From Catajapyx aquilonaris (taxonomy: Eukaryota): a stretch of DNA of 51,668 nucleotides. The position numbers and the translations under genes were made by a program. Below are positions 1 to 10,300 of the stretch, one piece after another. How positions within the stretch are numbered: the first letter of the stretch is position 1; every line of letters starts with the position of its first letter. The stretch covers positions 1-51,668 of the forward strand of contig JYFJ02002753.1 of assembly GCA_000934665.2 (NCBI GenBank), in the 5' to 3' direction. The notes beneath the pieces were generated by a model that was not told where the DNA came from, searched no databases, and was given only the letters and a program-made list of their open reading frames with translations.

Positions 1-159
1 TGCATACCTGCCAGGATATTTTATACCTATTGGTTGAGGTCAATTATCTCGGTCATGCGGTGGCCCAGGCCTATGATTCCGATACTGTAAATGATCATCT
101 GCTGACCATTACGCCATTGGCATATGGCTTACGGTAGAGTTATGATACACCCTGTATAT

Positions 160-1186
160 GTTGGACTGATGCCGTATTCAGAATCTGTCCAGTCGGCATT
201 AGACACTTCGTGAAGTGTCGGGGTGGCGTTGGACACACGTGGGAGAAGGTGATGCCTCTCTTCCCGTGCAGTTTGGCACATGCAGTCGGTGGAAGTTGAA
301 GCATAATGCATTGCGCTTAGGCAGAAAAGATAATGATATATACATGTATTTCATTGAACACTTGTTAAGTTGAACAGCAGATAGTTTATCAAAGTCGGTA
401 CCTATTTTTATTTGAGAATAACTTTCCAACGAGTAGTACACATAAGGCGAAGTGAAACATGATTCGAAATGTGCGGGAATTCATGCGAATTTTTCTGGGC
501 GACACTTTGCTACTGTGGCACTGCTAGCGAGCGCATAGCTTTACACTTCTTCCGCGGTGGCGCTGTTAGCGGGTGCAGCTGTGAACAAAATGTCGGACCA
601 CCTCTCTCGCTTTCTGTGATATCACAGGTCAGCCCCCCAACACTCCGACCCCATTCGTATGTCACAGACAGGTGGTCCGACATTTTGATCACAGCTGCCC
701 CCGTTATCAGCGCCACCACGGCAAGAAGTGTCAACCTGCGCCCTATAGCAGTGACACAGTAGCAAAGTGTCACCCAGATAAATTCTCATGAATTCCTGCA
801 CATTTCGAATCATGTTTCACGTCCGTATGTGTACTACTCGTTGGAATGTTATTCTCAAATAAAAATAGGTACCGACTTCTGATACACCCTGCTAGTCTGC
901 CATGCGTGAACAAGTAGGGAACATTTCGGTTGGAAAGGTTACTAAGTAAGGAAAGACATGATAAACTATCTGCTGTTCAACTTAACAAGTGTTCAATGAA
1001 ATAAATATCATTATCTTTTCTGCCTAAGTGCAATACATTATGCTTCAACTTCCACCGACTGCATGTGCCAAACTGCACGGGGAGACAGCAGGCATCACCT
1101 TCTCCTACATGTGTCCAACGCCACCCCGACACCGCGAAGTGTCTAATGCCGACTGGACAGATTTTGAATTACGGCATCAGTCCAAC
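160..1186. mobile_element. Foldback / long-TIR non-autonomous DNA element
   Basis: 160-~603 is the reverse complement of ~671-1186 (GTTGGACTGATGCCGTA... / ...TACGGCATCAGTCCAAC), with a ~65 bp central loop. The right arm has ~79 extra bp bounded by TGATA at 880-884 and 959-963. No clear TSD. Confidence 0.85.
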
Positions 1187-1629
1187 CCATTGCTGACACT
1201 TCGCGAACAGTCCAATATTTCTGGGCACATGCTGTAATTCTTCACGGGAGATTGCACTATCTTTCGCTATTTCTATGTTCCTTAGGTCACTCGCAACTCA
1301 TAATGACCACACGTTTTGCCTGAAATTGGTTTTTTTTACCTCGGGGCAGGCAAAAAACGAAATCCCTCGAAATGTAGGAGTGGAATCAAGGGGGCCGAAA
1401 TGTTGCTAGATCATCTCAGATTTTGGTGACAAGAATCACAGCTGTACACAACTATACCATAACGCTGCATGTCAAGTTTCATCCGTATTGATCAATACCA
1501 TGGGGATGAGTAAAATCGCGACAATTTGGAAAGGGCTGAAAATGAAGCCTTTTTTGGATAATTTTTATCGGTTAGTGGAAGTGGACAAAACCCAATCAAC
1601 ATACGTATTATACAGCATGTACGAGTATA

Positions 1630-1775
1630 CAGGGTGTTCCAGGTTCGTGGGTCACTTTTTGATAACTGATATTGCCCAATAGCAACTATTTTTTTGTAGC
1701 TTGTTGTGCCCCCTAAAATCTGCTATCGGGCGATATCAGTCATCAAAAAGTGACCCACGAACCTGGAACACCCTG
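1630..1775. mobile_element. Tc1/mariner-type MITE (146 bp)
   Basis: TIRs CAGGGTGTTCCAGGTTCGTGGGTCACTTTTTGAT… / …ATCAAAAAGTGACCCACGAACCTGGAACACCCTG, flanked by TA at 1628-29 and 1776-77. Confidence 0.9.
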
Positions 1776-1961
1776 TATATCACATGAAAGATAAGCACGA
1801 GGAGAAAGCGCCTATGAAATGAGTTTTCCTCAAATATGTGACCAAAAAACGGGTGTGGCATTTCATTGGTCACTTGCTCAGTCACATGTCCAAGAATTTT
1901 GACCCCAACAATATTAGTGATGTATTTGAATAACAGCAGTCATATTTGCTGGTGACAAGGG

Positions 1962-3248
1962 TTGCGCCAAGACCTGAAAATCATCAGGTCACCCGCTACA
2001 TCGGGTCAAAGGTCAGCCTATGGTTCCCTCATAAGGTCCACCAAATGTGGTACCAATGGAACGAGCGTGATTAGCTGGTTCTGAAAAACCCCACATGTTG
2101 ACCCCTTTGACCTACAGGTCAGGCGCTACTTCGGGTCAAAGATACAAAATAAAAATATCGGTCCCTCAATTGGCCCATCTACTGTATCTATGACATGCAA
2201 AAAGATTGTCATAACTGTTTATGTGTTGGCTATCCTGGGCGCTGCCAGGTTACCGTGGTTGTGTATTTGGCTATATTTCGGAATCCACAACACCATGATC
2301 ACCGGTCACGGTCGCGGTCCCTTGGCCTCACCGTCCCATGGCCGCACGGTCCGGGTCTCGGGAGGCGGGCGGGGGTGGGAGGTGCGTTGCGTTGCGTTAT
2401 CCGGTGAAGGTGAAACGGTGTTTATTCGGGGGTGATGGGGGGAAGGGGGGATGGGAGGGGGCGGATGAGACAGTGGCCACGACACGGACAACACTCCCCC
2501 GGGGCGTCAAGGTAAAAACTATATAAATAATGCACCTTTTCCAACTTTTCGGGGAAAAATAATATTTTCGTTTGATCTGCTGCCATCCGGGTTCAAGTGA
2601 CCCTAGCAACCACCAAAATATACGTTCCTATAATGAATTTTTCGCCTCTTTCTAGTACACTATATGCAATTGTGTCTAATTGCAACAGGAAAAGTGGTCC
2701 TAACGTGTTGGGCCGTTGGCTTTTTTTGTGCTTGTCCGGTCGGGAACATTTACGATTACGAATCGTACGATCATCGCGACTTGAAAAATTCTACCGAATG
2801 TAGGCTTAGAAAATATAGTGACATGGCGAGGGGGAAATACTGTCGGGTGCGCGGAAAAACATGCATCAATTAATTGCAAAAGTGTGAAAGACGATATGCA
2901 AATAAATGCTACCAGATGCTACAGATGAACGAGGGACCCGGAATCCGCCAGAAAATGCCCCTTCCTTGCGCACCCGACAGTATTTCCCCCTCGCCATGTC
3001 ACTCTCTATTTAAGCCTACATTCGGTAGAATTTTTCAAGTCGCGATGATGGGCCAATTGAGGGACCGATATTTGTATCTTTGACCCGAAGTAGCGCCTGA
3101 CCTGTGGGATCAACATGTGGGGTTTTTCAGAACCAGCTAATCACGCCCGTTCCATTGGTACCACATTTGGTGGACCTTATGAGGGAACCAAGGCTGACCT
3201 TTGACCCGATGTAGCGGGTGACCTGATGATTTTCAGGTCTTGGCGCAA
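1962..3248. mobile_element. Foldback element with an interrupted left arm
   Basis: 1962-2179 is inverted relative to ~3047-3248, and 2771-2853 relative to 2968-3049. The right arm is contiguous, whereas the left arm is split by ~590 bp (2180-2769) at a duplicated ATC. Confidence 0.85.
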
Positions 3249-3424
3249 TGTTAACAATTGATAACCATATTATTTACTACAACATAAAAAAGTGGGAGAA
3301 TTTAACCGAAAGCCATTTCCCATAAGGATGGTGCCTTATCCTTTTGTCGATTTTTTCCCTCCACACTATATTGGGCAATATGAATGAAACTGGATATGCA
3401 GGGTTATGGTATTATTAGGTGTGT

Positions 3425-3535
3425 CCCTGGTTTTGAAACCAGCAAGACCAGCAAACACCAGCATGCTGGTACCAGCAAAACAGTGCCAATTCCCAGCAGA
3501 CCAGCATACCAGCACTGCTGGTTTCAAAACCGGGG
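3425..3535. mobile_element. Mini-MITE with 20-bp TIRs and internal ACCAGCA repeats
   Basis: CCCTGGTTTTGAAACCAGCA / TGCTGGTTTCAAAACCGGGG termini. It interrupts the diverged repeat copy at 3335-3636. Confidence 0.75.
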
Positions 3536-4350
3536 TACAACTGTGGTTTTCATCACCAAATTCAGAGATGGTATAGCAACATTTCAGTCCACTTGATCTC
3601 GAGGAATTTGGATTTTTGACTGCCCTGAATCAAAAAGGGCTTCTTTCCCTCCAATGGGGTAAAAACAAAACAAAACAAAAGAAGAAGAAAAAAACTTAGG
3701 AAGTTTAATTACAAAATTGGTGGACATTACAATAGAGGAAGGTCCAATACTTATAGTTATTATTGGGAAATATCGAAGGGATACCTCCGAGAACAGTACC
3801 TGCACCAAGAATTACCACTTACAATAACACGTTTTTTTCGCAAATTTGAGGACCAATTATTATTGGCTCCAAGATTACAGACTAGTGCTTGACAAAGAAG
3901 AAATATGCACCTTGTGTAACTATAAGGTCCCTAACACCAAGCTAACACTAAACACGATATGATCTACGAGTGCAGATTTGCAGATGAAGCCAGGTACCAA
4001 ACCATAAAGGAGTTCCCCAAGGTGCCAGCAGTAGCAATACATACATTAATCCAAATGCAGTCACATAAAGTGTTAGCCTTGTATAATTTTTTTTGTTTAG
4101 TAATTAGAAAATTGAATTTTTGCAATACCTACCTCGGGCATTGCGGTATGCCGGCCACCCCCGGGTTATACCGGCATGCCACTTTAAGTGAGGTAATACA
4201 GTATACATTGAAAACTTCGAATTCCCCCCCTCCCCCCAGCAGTGGGGGGGGGGGGGAGAGAATCTATTAGTTTGCCCCGGGTGACAAAGAACCTATAGTT
4301 GAGTCCCTGACATCGTGCATTACCACTGCTTGCTTTTTATTATGGTCAGT

Positions 4351-4380
4351 AGGCCTACCAGTACTAGGCCTACCAGTACT
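4351..4380. repeat. 15-bp tandem duplication (AGGCCTACCAGTACT)x2
   Basis: Direct reading; followed by a partial third copy AGCCGTACT. Confidence 0.9.
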
Positions 4381-4435
4381 AGCCGTACTACTGTCCCAGC
4401 ATGAGAACGCATGAGAATAAGTAGGAGCCACTTAC

Positions 4436-4762
4436 GTGTAGAGAGAACCTGACGCTTAGTCGATGCCTTCCCCATCGTGTCCCTGCGAAGGCCTGCCTGC
4501 ACCTGTCGGCGTCCTCCGTTCTTTTGAACGTCACGAAAGCGTAGGCGTAGGCGTAGGCTGTCATGACTTTAACTTCCACGATTTCTCCAAAAGGCTGGCA
4601 AATCTGCGTGACTTTCCTTGAGTCATAGCTGTACGGTAGAGGGGCCATAAATAACTTCGGGCCGGGGGGGCCCTCGCTCTTCTTCCCGTCGATTGAGCTG
4701 GCGGTCCACTGGGTGGCACGAGGGTTCTGACGGCCGAAATCGCAGAGTTTCCCGCTGGCCAT
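4436..4762 (-). CDS. First coding exon of an RRM RNA-binding protein
   Basis: ATG at 4762 in ACGATGG context. The translation contains RNP2-like KLFMAPLP, 'FGEIVEVKVM', RNP1-like YAFVTF and 'LSVRFS'. It ends at a canonical donor CAC|GTAAGT (4435-4430). The region is CpG-rich. Downstream exons were not identified. Confidence 0.8.
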
Positions 4763-6328
4763 CGTGCGCTGGGGGGGAACTGGGAATGTCCGATTAAACT
4801 TCAGGTGACAAACCAACACCGTGTGTTCACGGTGCCTTATATGCGGATCGCCTACGCACCTATACTGGAGCAATGATTCAGGATCTCAACCGATACTATT
4901 GGCCCACAGTCCTTTGATAAACGGCCAGACCAGACCAGGCCCTGACCAGACCCGCTGTGACGACACAGGCTGTAACGGTCGGCTTAACGGACGCGGATGA
5001 AGGGTGATGTGGCAACAGCGTGAATGATGGTGGCGATCGCAGTGGAGGACACCAGAAACAGGTTTCAAATTTGAATAATTCGTGTAGTGATTCTTACTTG
5101 CCATAGCATTTCGGAGAATTCAAATTGTGACAGTATAGCTGAGTAGCCTATACGAGCGTAGTAGGTGAAAGAATGAAGGAAATCCCGAGAAATTACTTCG
5201 TTGCTATGCGGACTACCCAACGATGATCGTCCACCGATGAACTGCTGTGTTCTTGTCTTCAATAAGCTGTGGGACCGGATTTATCACTTCTTTACATCAC
5301 AGATATGCCAGGTCAAGATTACTTATATAAAAAGAAATTAACGTAATAAATAAGACAAATAAATACATATTTAGGAACACAACTACTAATAATGCAATAT
5401 AGGGCTTTCAACCTCTCTCAACAAATAGGGGCCTACAATAAATGATAAACACTGACATAAAATCAACAGAAAATCTCAATGGGTTATTTCCAACACTGGA
5501 TTGACATAAATACACAACTGACATATGCATAAATACTATATGTGTGACACATTAAAATCTGGGCATTTAAAGTCAAGCCAATTTCTTGCATCAGTACTGA
5601 TACCTTTGCTTATATATCTCAATACCACCTGATTCGTATCCCCCAGCCATAACGGAATAACTCAACTGCACTTGCTTCAGCAATACAAAATAATAGTAGG
5701 CTACTCCGCGCACACTAATGGAATATTCAATATATGTGATGATACCTATCAAAAGACATGGTAATTATGTCTCACATGCATAGCATGACAACTCCACGTC
5801 TTCATGAAGGTGACATTGCCACAAGTAAGGGTATATGGGGCAGAGTTCAAATACGTAGTAAGGAGGTAGGTCCATGACTTGAATAAGAAATTGGCTCAAC
5901 TATAGGCTACTGCACCCACCATTTCCACTCCTGAGGCTTGCTGAGCAATCTGGGTCCTTTCCCTCTTCTTCTTGCCGCAGTGTCAAAATATCAATCCATA
6001 CTGCCCTATATGCCATGAAAATTCACTTCTTAACTTGCATAACTTGCTTTCTTTTCAATAAGTTTTTAAAACTTTTATTGACATAGAGCTGGGATCTATA
6101 TTTACAGAGATGTGTCATTTCTTCCTATATTGTAGTCAAAATATGTGTGGTTTGCACTCTGAATTGAAATCCTAAATTCTTTTTATCCTGCATGATTGGT
6201 GTGTGCAGATCAGTGGTGATTCTTAACTCTTGGAGCCAATTCGGTTAAAACTAATCTACAATAAGAAACCCATTGAAAACGCTTTCTCAAAAACTTGCCA
6301 ACTACTTGTGTGCTCTTGCTTGTGCTCA

Positions 6329-6600
6329 TTAGATGTAGAGTGTGTTCAGGATGAGGACATGGTGGTTATTGTTCTTGGCCAGAGTGATGATGTAGCCCTC
6401 TGAGGAAATTTGCAGTCCGCAGCAGCGGGACACCTTGACGTATGGGCATTCATACTCCATGATAACCTGCCCGTTGCTCTTGAAGGCAACGAGATGGAAG
6501 CGGTTACCATGGGAGTTGTCGACAACAATATCCCCATCATCAGAAACATCTTCCCCAGTGGCCACTGGGGAAGCGGGTCACTGCTTCTTCTCCAGCTAAC
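6329..6600 (-). pseudogene. mei-P26: mei-P26-like terminal NHL exon
   Basis: Acceptor TTAACAG| at 6601. It reads [13 protein letters not shown], then a frameshift at the 6550-6573 palindrome, then [19 protein letters not shown]…LNTLYI and TAA. Confidence 0.88.
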
Positions 6601-6896
6601 CTGTTAAGGCAATACACACATTATCATGTGCAGACAACAAATCTACTTCACACCTTGAAAACTTGTCCACAGAAAACAAACATGCAACCCATTGATTTGC
6701 TTGAAATTCACACTCTAAAGACATCACAGGCCAACAACATTTTGCGAATATATCCTAGGATGCGCCTTTTAAAAATGATACACGAAAATGATGCATAAAA
6801 AGTAGACATTATTTGGCCACTGACCTACCACCCATATGAATTTCACATAAACATTTACATGTTTAGATGTTTTCTGGCAATTTCAGTTCAGCGTAC

Positions 6897-7120
6897 CTTG
6901 AAGTCACAGATGTAAAGCTCATTTCCCCTGATAGCAAATAAAGTCTGACGGTTCCTTCATATAAGGGGAGGCATCGAACCCCTTGAGAAGCTGGTTGGCT
7001 CAGACAAAATGAGAACTGAAGGCTGTGTGGCCACGAGGACTAACTGCCAGTCCAGCAAGGATCTCCACATAGCGCATCCAGATGGGACAAAATAATGAAC
7101 ACACCAGCACAGGAGAACAT
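6897..7120 (-). pseudogene. mei-P26: mei-P26-like NHL exon (frameshifted)
   Basis: Acceptor GATAG| and donor AAG|GTACGC. The segments MRYVEILAGLAVSPRGH, QPSVLILSE, QLLKGFDASPYMKEPSD and AIRGNELYICDFK are separated by frameshifting indels. Confidence 0.85.
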
Positions 7121-7326
7121 CTATCCATCAGAAACAAGCCAGTAGAGCTCAACGAACTATCAACTTGAATGTACACCAAAAATCACTAGCCTGAAACTAG
7201 ATGATATAATTATTCAAGTAATAATAATGCATTTTTAACATGCGCTCCATCATGCTAATGTTGTATTGTAAACCATCTAGCCAGTTAGAAAATTGTGATG
7301 ATAGCAATTGGCATCATTACACCAAC

Positions 7327-7788
7327 CTACAGTCTGGTTCTCTCAGGATTTCCTATGTCACACACCACCAGCTTTCCAGAAAAGGTGAAGACAGCCACCT
7401 TCCTTGGAAACCAGAGTTTCCCCTTCTCTTTCCATTCATCCCCAAATTGGTGAAGGAAAGTCCCCAGCTTGTCAAAAATCTGAATGCAATGGTTGTTGGT
7501 GTCAGCAACTAGGCCTATATACAATATCTCCATCCCGGCCCAAGCAAAATCCATGTGGGGAGCTGAAGTGTCCCTTCCCTGTTCCCCTCTGCCCAAACTT
7601 GAACCTAACATTAACCTACCTATGTGGTGTGGATGGGACTGGGATTGGCAGTGGGGGTGCTGGAGATTTAATGAATTCTATGTTTTGATGATTGCGGCTG
7701 CTATGAGAAGCAGCATGACGATGACTCCCAAACTTGGTTGGAGGAGACAATACGGAATTCTCAAAGCTGGACCCCCTGTTGTCCTCAC
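7327..7788 (-). pseudogene. mei-P26: mei-P26-like linker plus first NHL repeats exon
   Basis: Acceptor TGACAG|. In-frame TAG at 7616-7618. Reads [30 protein letters not shown], a 10-nt insertion at 7510-7519, then VADTNNH…ERTRL. The last codon is TAG where Gln is expected, before donor GTTGGT. Confidence 0.88.
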
Positions 7789-7940
7789 CTGTCATAGCAA
7801 GAGCTAAGTTATTAGCTCAGAGAAGAAATTTATTGATATAAAATTAGACATTTAGCAGAGCAGACAAAAACATAAATTCACTCATATGCACCTTCTACAA
7901 GGTACTAATAAATATGGTAGACTATGCTCTAAAACATCAC

Positions 7941-8066
7941 CTTGCAGGGGGCTGGAGAAGACAGGTTCAAATGCATCTGCAGTGGCAGATAGTGATGAGT
8001 TGAAAGTGGGCAAGCTGTTCCCACTCAAGCCAATGCAACTTGATTCCAGCATGCTCACAACGGCAC
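7941..8066 (-). pseudogene. mei-P26-like linker exon (126 bp, phase 1-1)
   Basis: TTTTGCAG| acceptor and CAAG|GTGATG donor. Open Ser-rich frame AVVSMLESSCIGLSGNSLPTFNSS…PLQ, in phase with the next exon. Confidence 0.65.
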
Positions 8067-8264
8067 CTGCAAAATAAGATAATGGCTCATTTCAATTTTT
8101 GTAGGCCGCCTCACAATTATCACTTGTGCCCTGTATTATAAAATATACAAGGGATTAACCACTATTCTTTAAATTAATATAGCGGTGTGAAACTGTTGGA
8201 ATGTTACACCTGACAACCAAACTCACTCTTTTTACCCTCCTAAATTTTAATTGTGCTTGGCCTA

Positions 8265-8664
8265 TAGTGTTGTGCAAACATCACATCTGCTGCTAATTTC
8301 CAGCAGGGTCAAAATACAAGCCAAAAGGCGATATTCCGAAGCCACAACACGTGCATGCGGTCGCGTGTTGCGGGTCCGCCGGTCCCGGCTGACCGGTCGC
8401 GGGTCGCCGACTGCATGATATCAGTGATATATAAATGATTCACTAAATTTGATTCATAAATTGCTACATAAAATTGATTCGAAGCGTGTGAGCCTGTGAG
8501 GTGATATTCTACTCGTTCGCGCCACCCTAGAGCGCGCTACAGTCGCGGCGACCGGGGACCTGCGACCCGCGACCGGCTGCTAGTGTTGTGGCTTCGGAAT
8601 ACCGCCTTTTGCCTTGTATTTTGACATGAAAACTAGCAGCAGAGGTGATGTTTGCACAACACTA
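8265..8664. mobile_element. hAT-like MITE (400 bp)
   Basis: TIRs TAGTGTTGTGCAAACATCAC… / …GTGATGTTTGCACAACACTA extend imperfectly for ~85 bp. The 8-bp TSD is TTGGCCTA (8257-8264) / TAGGCCTA (8665-8672). Confidence 0.8.
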
Positions 8665-8675
8665 TAGGCCTAACA

Positions 8676-9037
8676 GGGGGGAGGCGGAGTGGTGCTGCGG
8701 TAACATATGCGCCCACGGATTTTAAGGTCCCGGGTTCAAACCCCCAACCCGGGGACACCCCTTATTCATCTCGTGCAGAGTTAAGAGTCGTCTCTGACTT
8801 CGTCTCGGGTGGAATTTCCTTAGACTAATCCACCCGGGGGAGCTCACAAAAGGACCACATTTCAGACAAAGCACTGCACTTGCACATCCCCTCCTGTCAT
8901 AAATATCCTGCCCGTGTGCCCAGGCGTTGTAAAAATAGGATTCCAAGTAGTGAAAACACCTCAAAAATAAATAAAGCTCTGGTAGAAAACCCCTAAGGGG
9001 TACGCCTATCACCCAATTATTAAAAAATTATTATTAG
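8676..9037 (+). mobile_element. tRNA-derived SINE, family A
   Basis: A-box-like TGGTGCTGCGG (8690-8700), B-box GGTTCAAACC (8733-8742) and an (ATT)n-like tail. The body is homologous to the minus-strand copy at 13921-14259. Confidence 0.8.
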
Positions 9038-9152
9038 TATAGGTCGAGCAGAATTAGAAAATCCTCAAAATTTCAAAATTTAGGAGAGTAAAAATAGTGA
9101 GTTTGGTTGTGAGTCTACAATGCATTAAAACTGGGAGCACCTTTGGATTTAC

Positions 9153-10051
9153 CTGAGCATGCAGTGGTCTGGGGGTATAGTTCCTGTATTCACCAGCAGA
9201 TGATTCTTCAGGGATAGTGCTCAGCATGGGAGAAGATGCAGCAGCAGGCCTGAACTCAGCTGAATCCAGCGGTATCTGCAAGGGTGCTAGGGGTGGGATT
9301 GGGACTCTCCCAGAGCCACTAACCTCTACATCTACAGAGGTGACAGCAGCATCCACCATGTCAGGATGGTTTGACCTCTGCTCCTTTCAATGTTCAATCC
9401 CATTGGCTACCGCCTGCTTCTGGGAATGTACTATCGGGTTCGGGTTCAAATACTTTTGGCCACTTTATCCTGGTCTTGAAGCAACCCTTCACACACACAC
9501 ACACACACCCACACACACCCACACACCCACACACACACACACACACACACACATGTTATAAAGTGCTACCATTGTGAGGGTCTGGCAAAAATAAAAATAT
9601 AAAACTAACCTAACCTAACCTAACCTANCCCACAATTGGAACTGGTCCCCACAGCTACAGTAAAACCACAGACTTCCGTCCCCAGACCTTAGTCAAGACC
9701 TGATCACACACACACACACACCTCCTTAACGTGGGGTCTGTGCGAAGGGTTACTTCAAGACCAGGATAAAGTGGCCAAAAGTATTTGAACCCGACAGTAC
9801 CCCTGGACTGTGAGGCAAGGAGTTCTGATGCCACCACTGCCTAGCACTTCTTCTCCGATCTGGATATATCCGATCCCAACCTTGATGGCACTTTGGAATA
9901 GTTTAAAATCACCCCTGTACATCATTCGGGATGACTGCATGGACATATCCAAACTCACTGGTCCAACCCCTCTCTTCATTCCTACAATGTTAACCACATT
10001 AGTTATCACAGCATTCATTTGCAGGTGAACCAGCTTCTCAAACTGGTATAC
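9153..10051 (-). pseudogene. mei-P26-like end-of-coiled-coil/linker exon, interrupted by a MITE
   Basis: Acceptor CTTTTCAG| at 10052. Reads VYQFEKLVHLQM…FKLFQSAIKVGIGYIQ, resembling the post-coiled-coil segment of Brat/mei-P26. It resumes after the MITE as a Pro/Ser-rich frame with a TGA and ends at donor CAG|GTAAAT. Confidence 0.6.
9431..9797. mobile_element. TA-TSD MITE containing (CA)n and (TAACC)n tracts
   Basis: ~55-bp TIRs (CGGGTTCAAATACTTTTGGCCACTTTATCCTGGTCTTGAAG… and its reverse complement at ~9740-9797). TA at 9429-30 and 9798-99. (CA)n at ~9490-9552 and (TAACC)n at ~9605-9630. Confidence 0.85.
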
Positions 10052-10160
10052 CTGAAAAGAGAATAAACTCCATCAACTAATCTCAAATGTTCCATTTGCT
10101 CCTAAGTGTATCAAGAGTGGCTCCTCAAGGTCAAACTCAACACAATAACCTACCTCCTAC

Positions 10161-10200
10161 CTCAACATTATTTGCAACTTTCAGCTGCTGGTAGTGATGA
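10161..10200 (-). pseudogene. Possible 3' remnant of a coiled-coil exon
   Basis: …HYQQLKVANNVE|GTAGGA donor in phase 0 joins VYQFEKL of the next exon. Very short, and the upstream part is not recognisable. Confidence 0.35.
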
Positions 10201-10300
10201 TACAGTATAATTATGTATAAACACATCACACAAAGAATAAAGGATGAGCTACAAAATCATTTCCATCAGTAAGAAGCAATATGCAAATACGACATATCAT

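Larger units (their letters stand above)
1335..3636. repeat. Old diverged inverted repeat pair (~1335-1535 vs ~3335-3636), likely MITE-family remnants
   Basis: The reverse complement of 1380-1505 (…ATGAAACTTGACATGCAGCGTTATGGTAT…TCACCAAAATCTGAGATGATCTAGCAACATTTC…) aligns with mismatches to 3361-3600 once the insert at 3425-3535 is removed. Confidence 0.6.

Noticed and set aside
8..84. Possible downstream exon of the RRM gene (TTTACAG|…CAG|GTATGC on the minus strand)
   Set aside because: All frames stop within it and there is no homology support. It is possible but unsupported.
3437..3512. CRISPR-like or tandem array of ACCAGCA
   Set aside because: These are irregular 7-mers inside a MITE in a eukaryotic genome, with no repeat-spacer structure.
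4763..4873. N-terminal extension of the RRM ORF in the ORF track
   Set aside because: It starts at a non-ATG codon. The first ATG in good context is at 4762, and the ORF tail past 4436 is intronic.
6653..6700. Candidate small NHL exon expected between DFK and the terminal exon
   Set aside because: Only a vague resemblance (GCMFVF…GQVFK|GT) and no clean acceptor.
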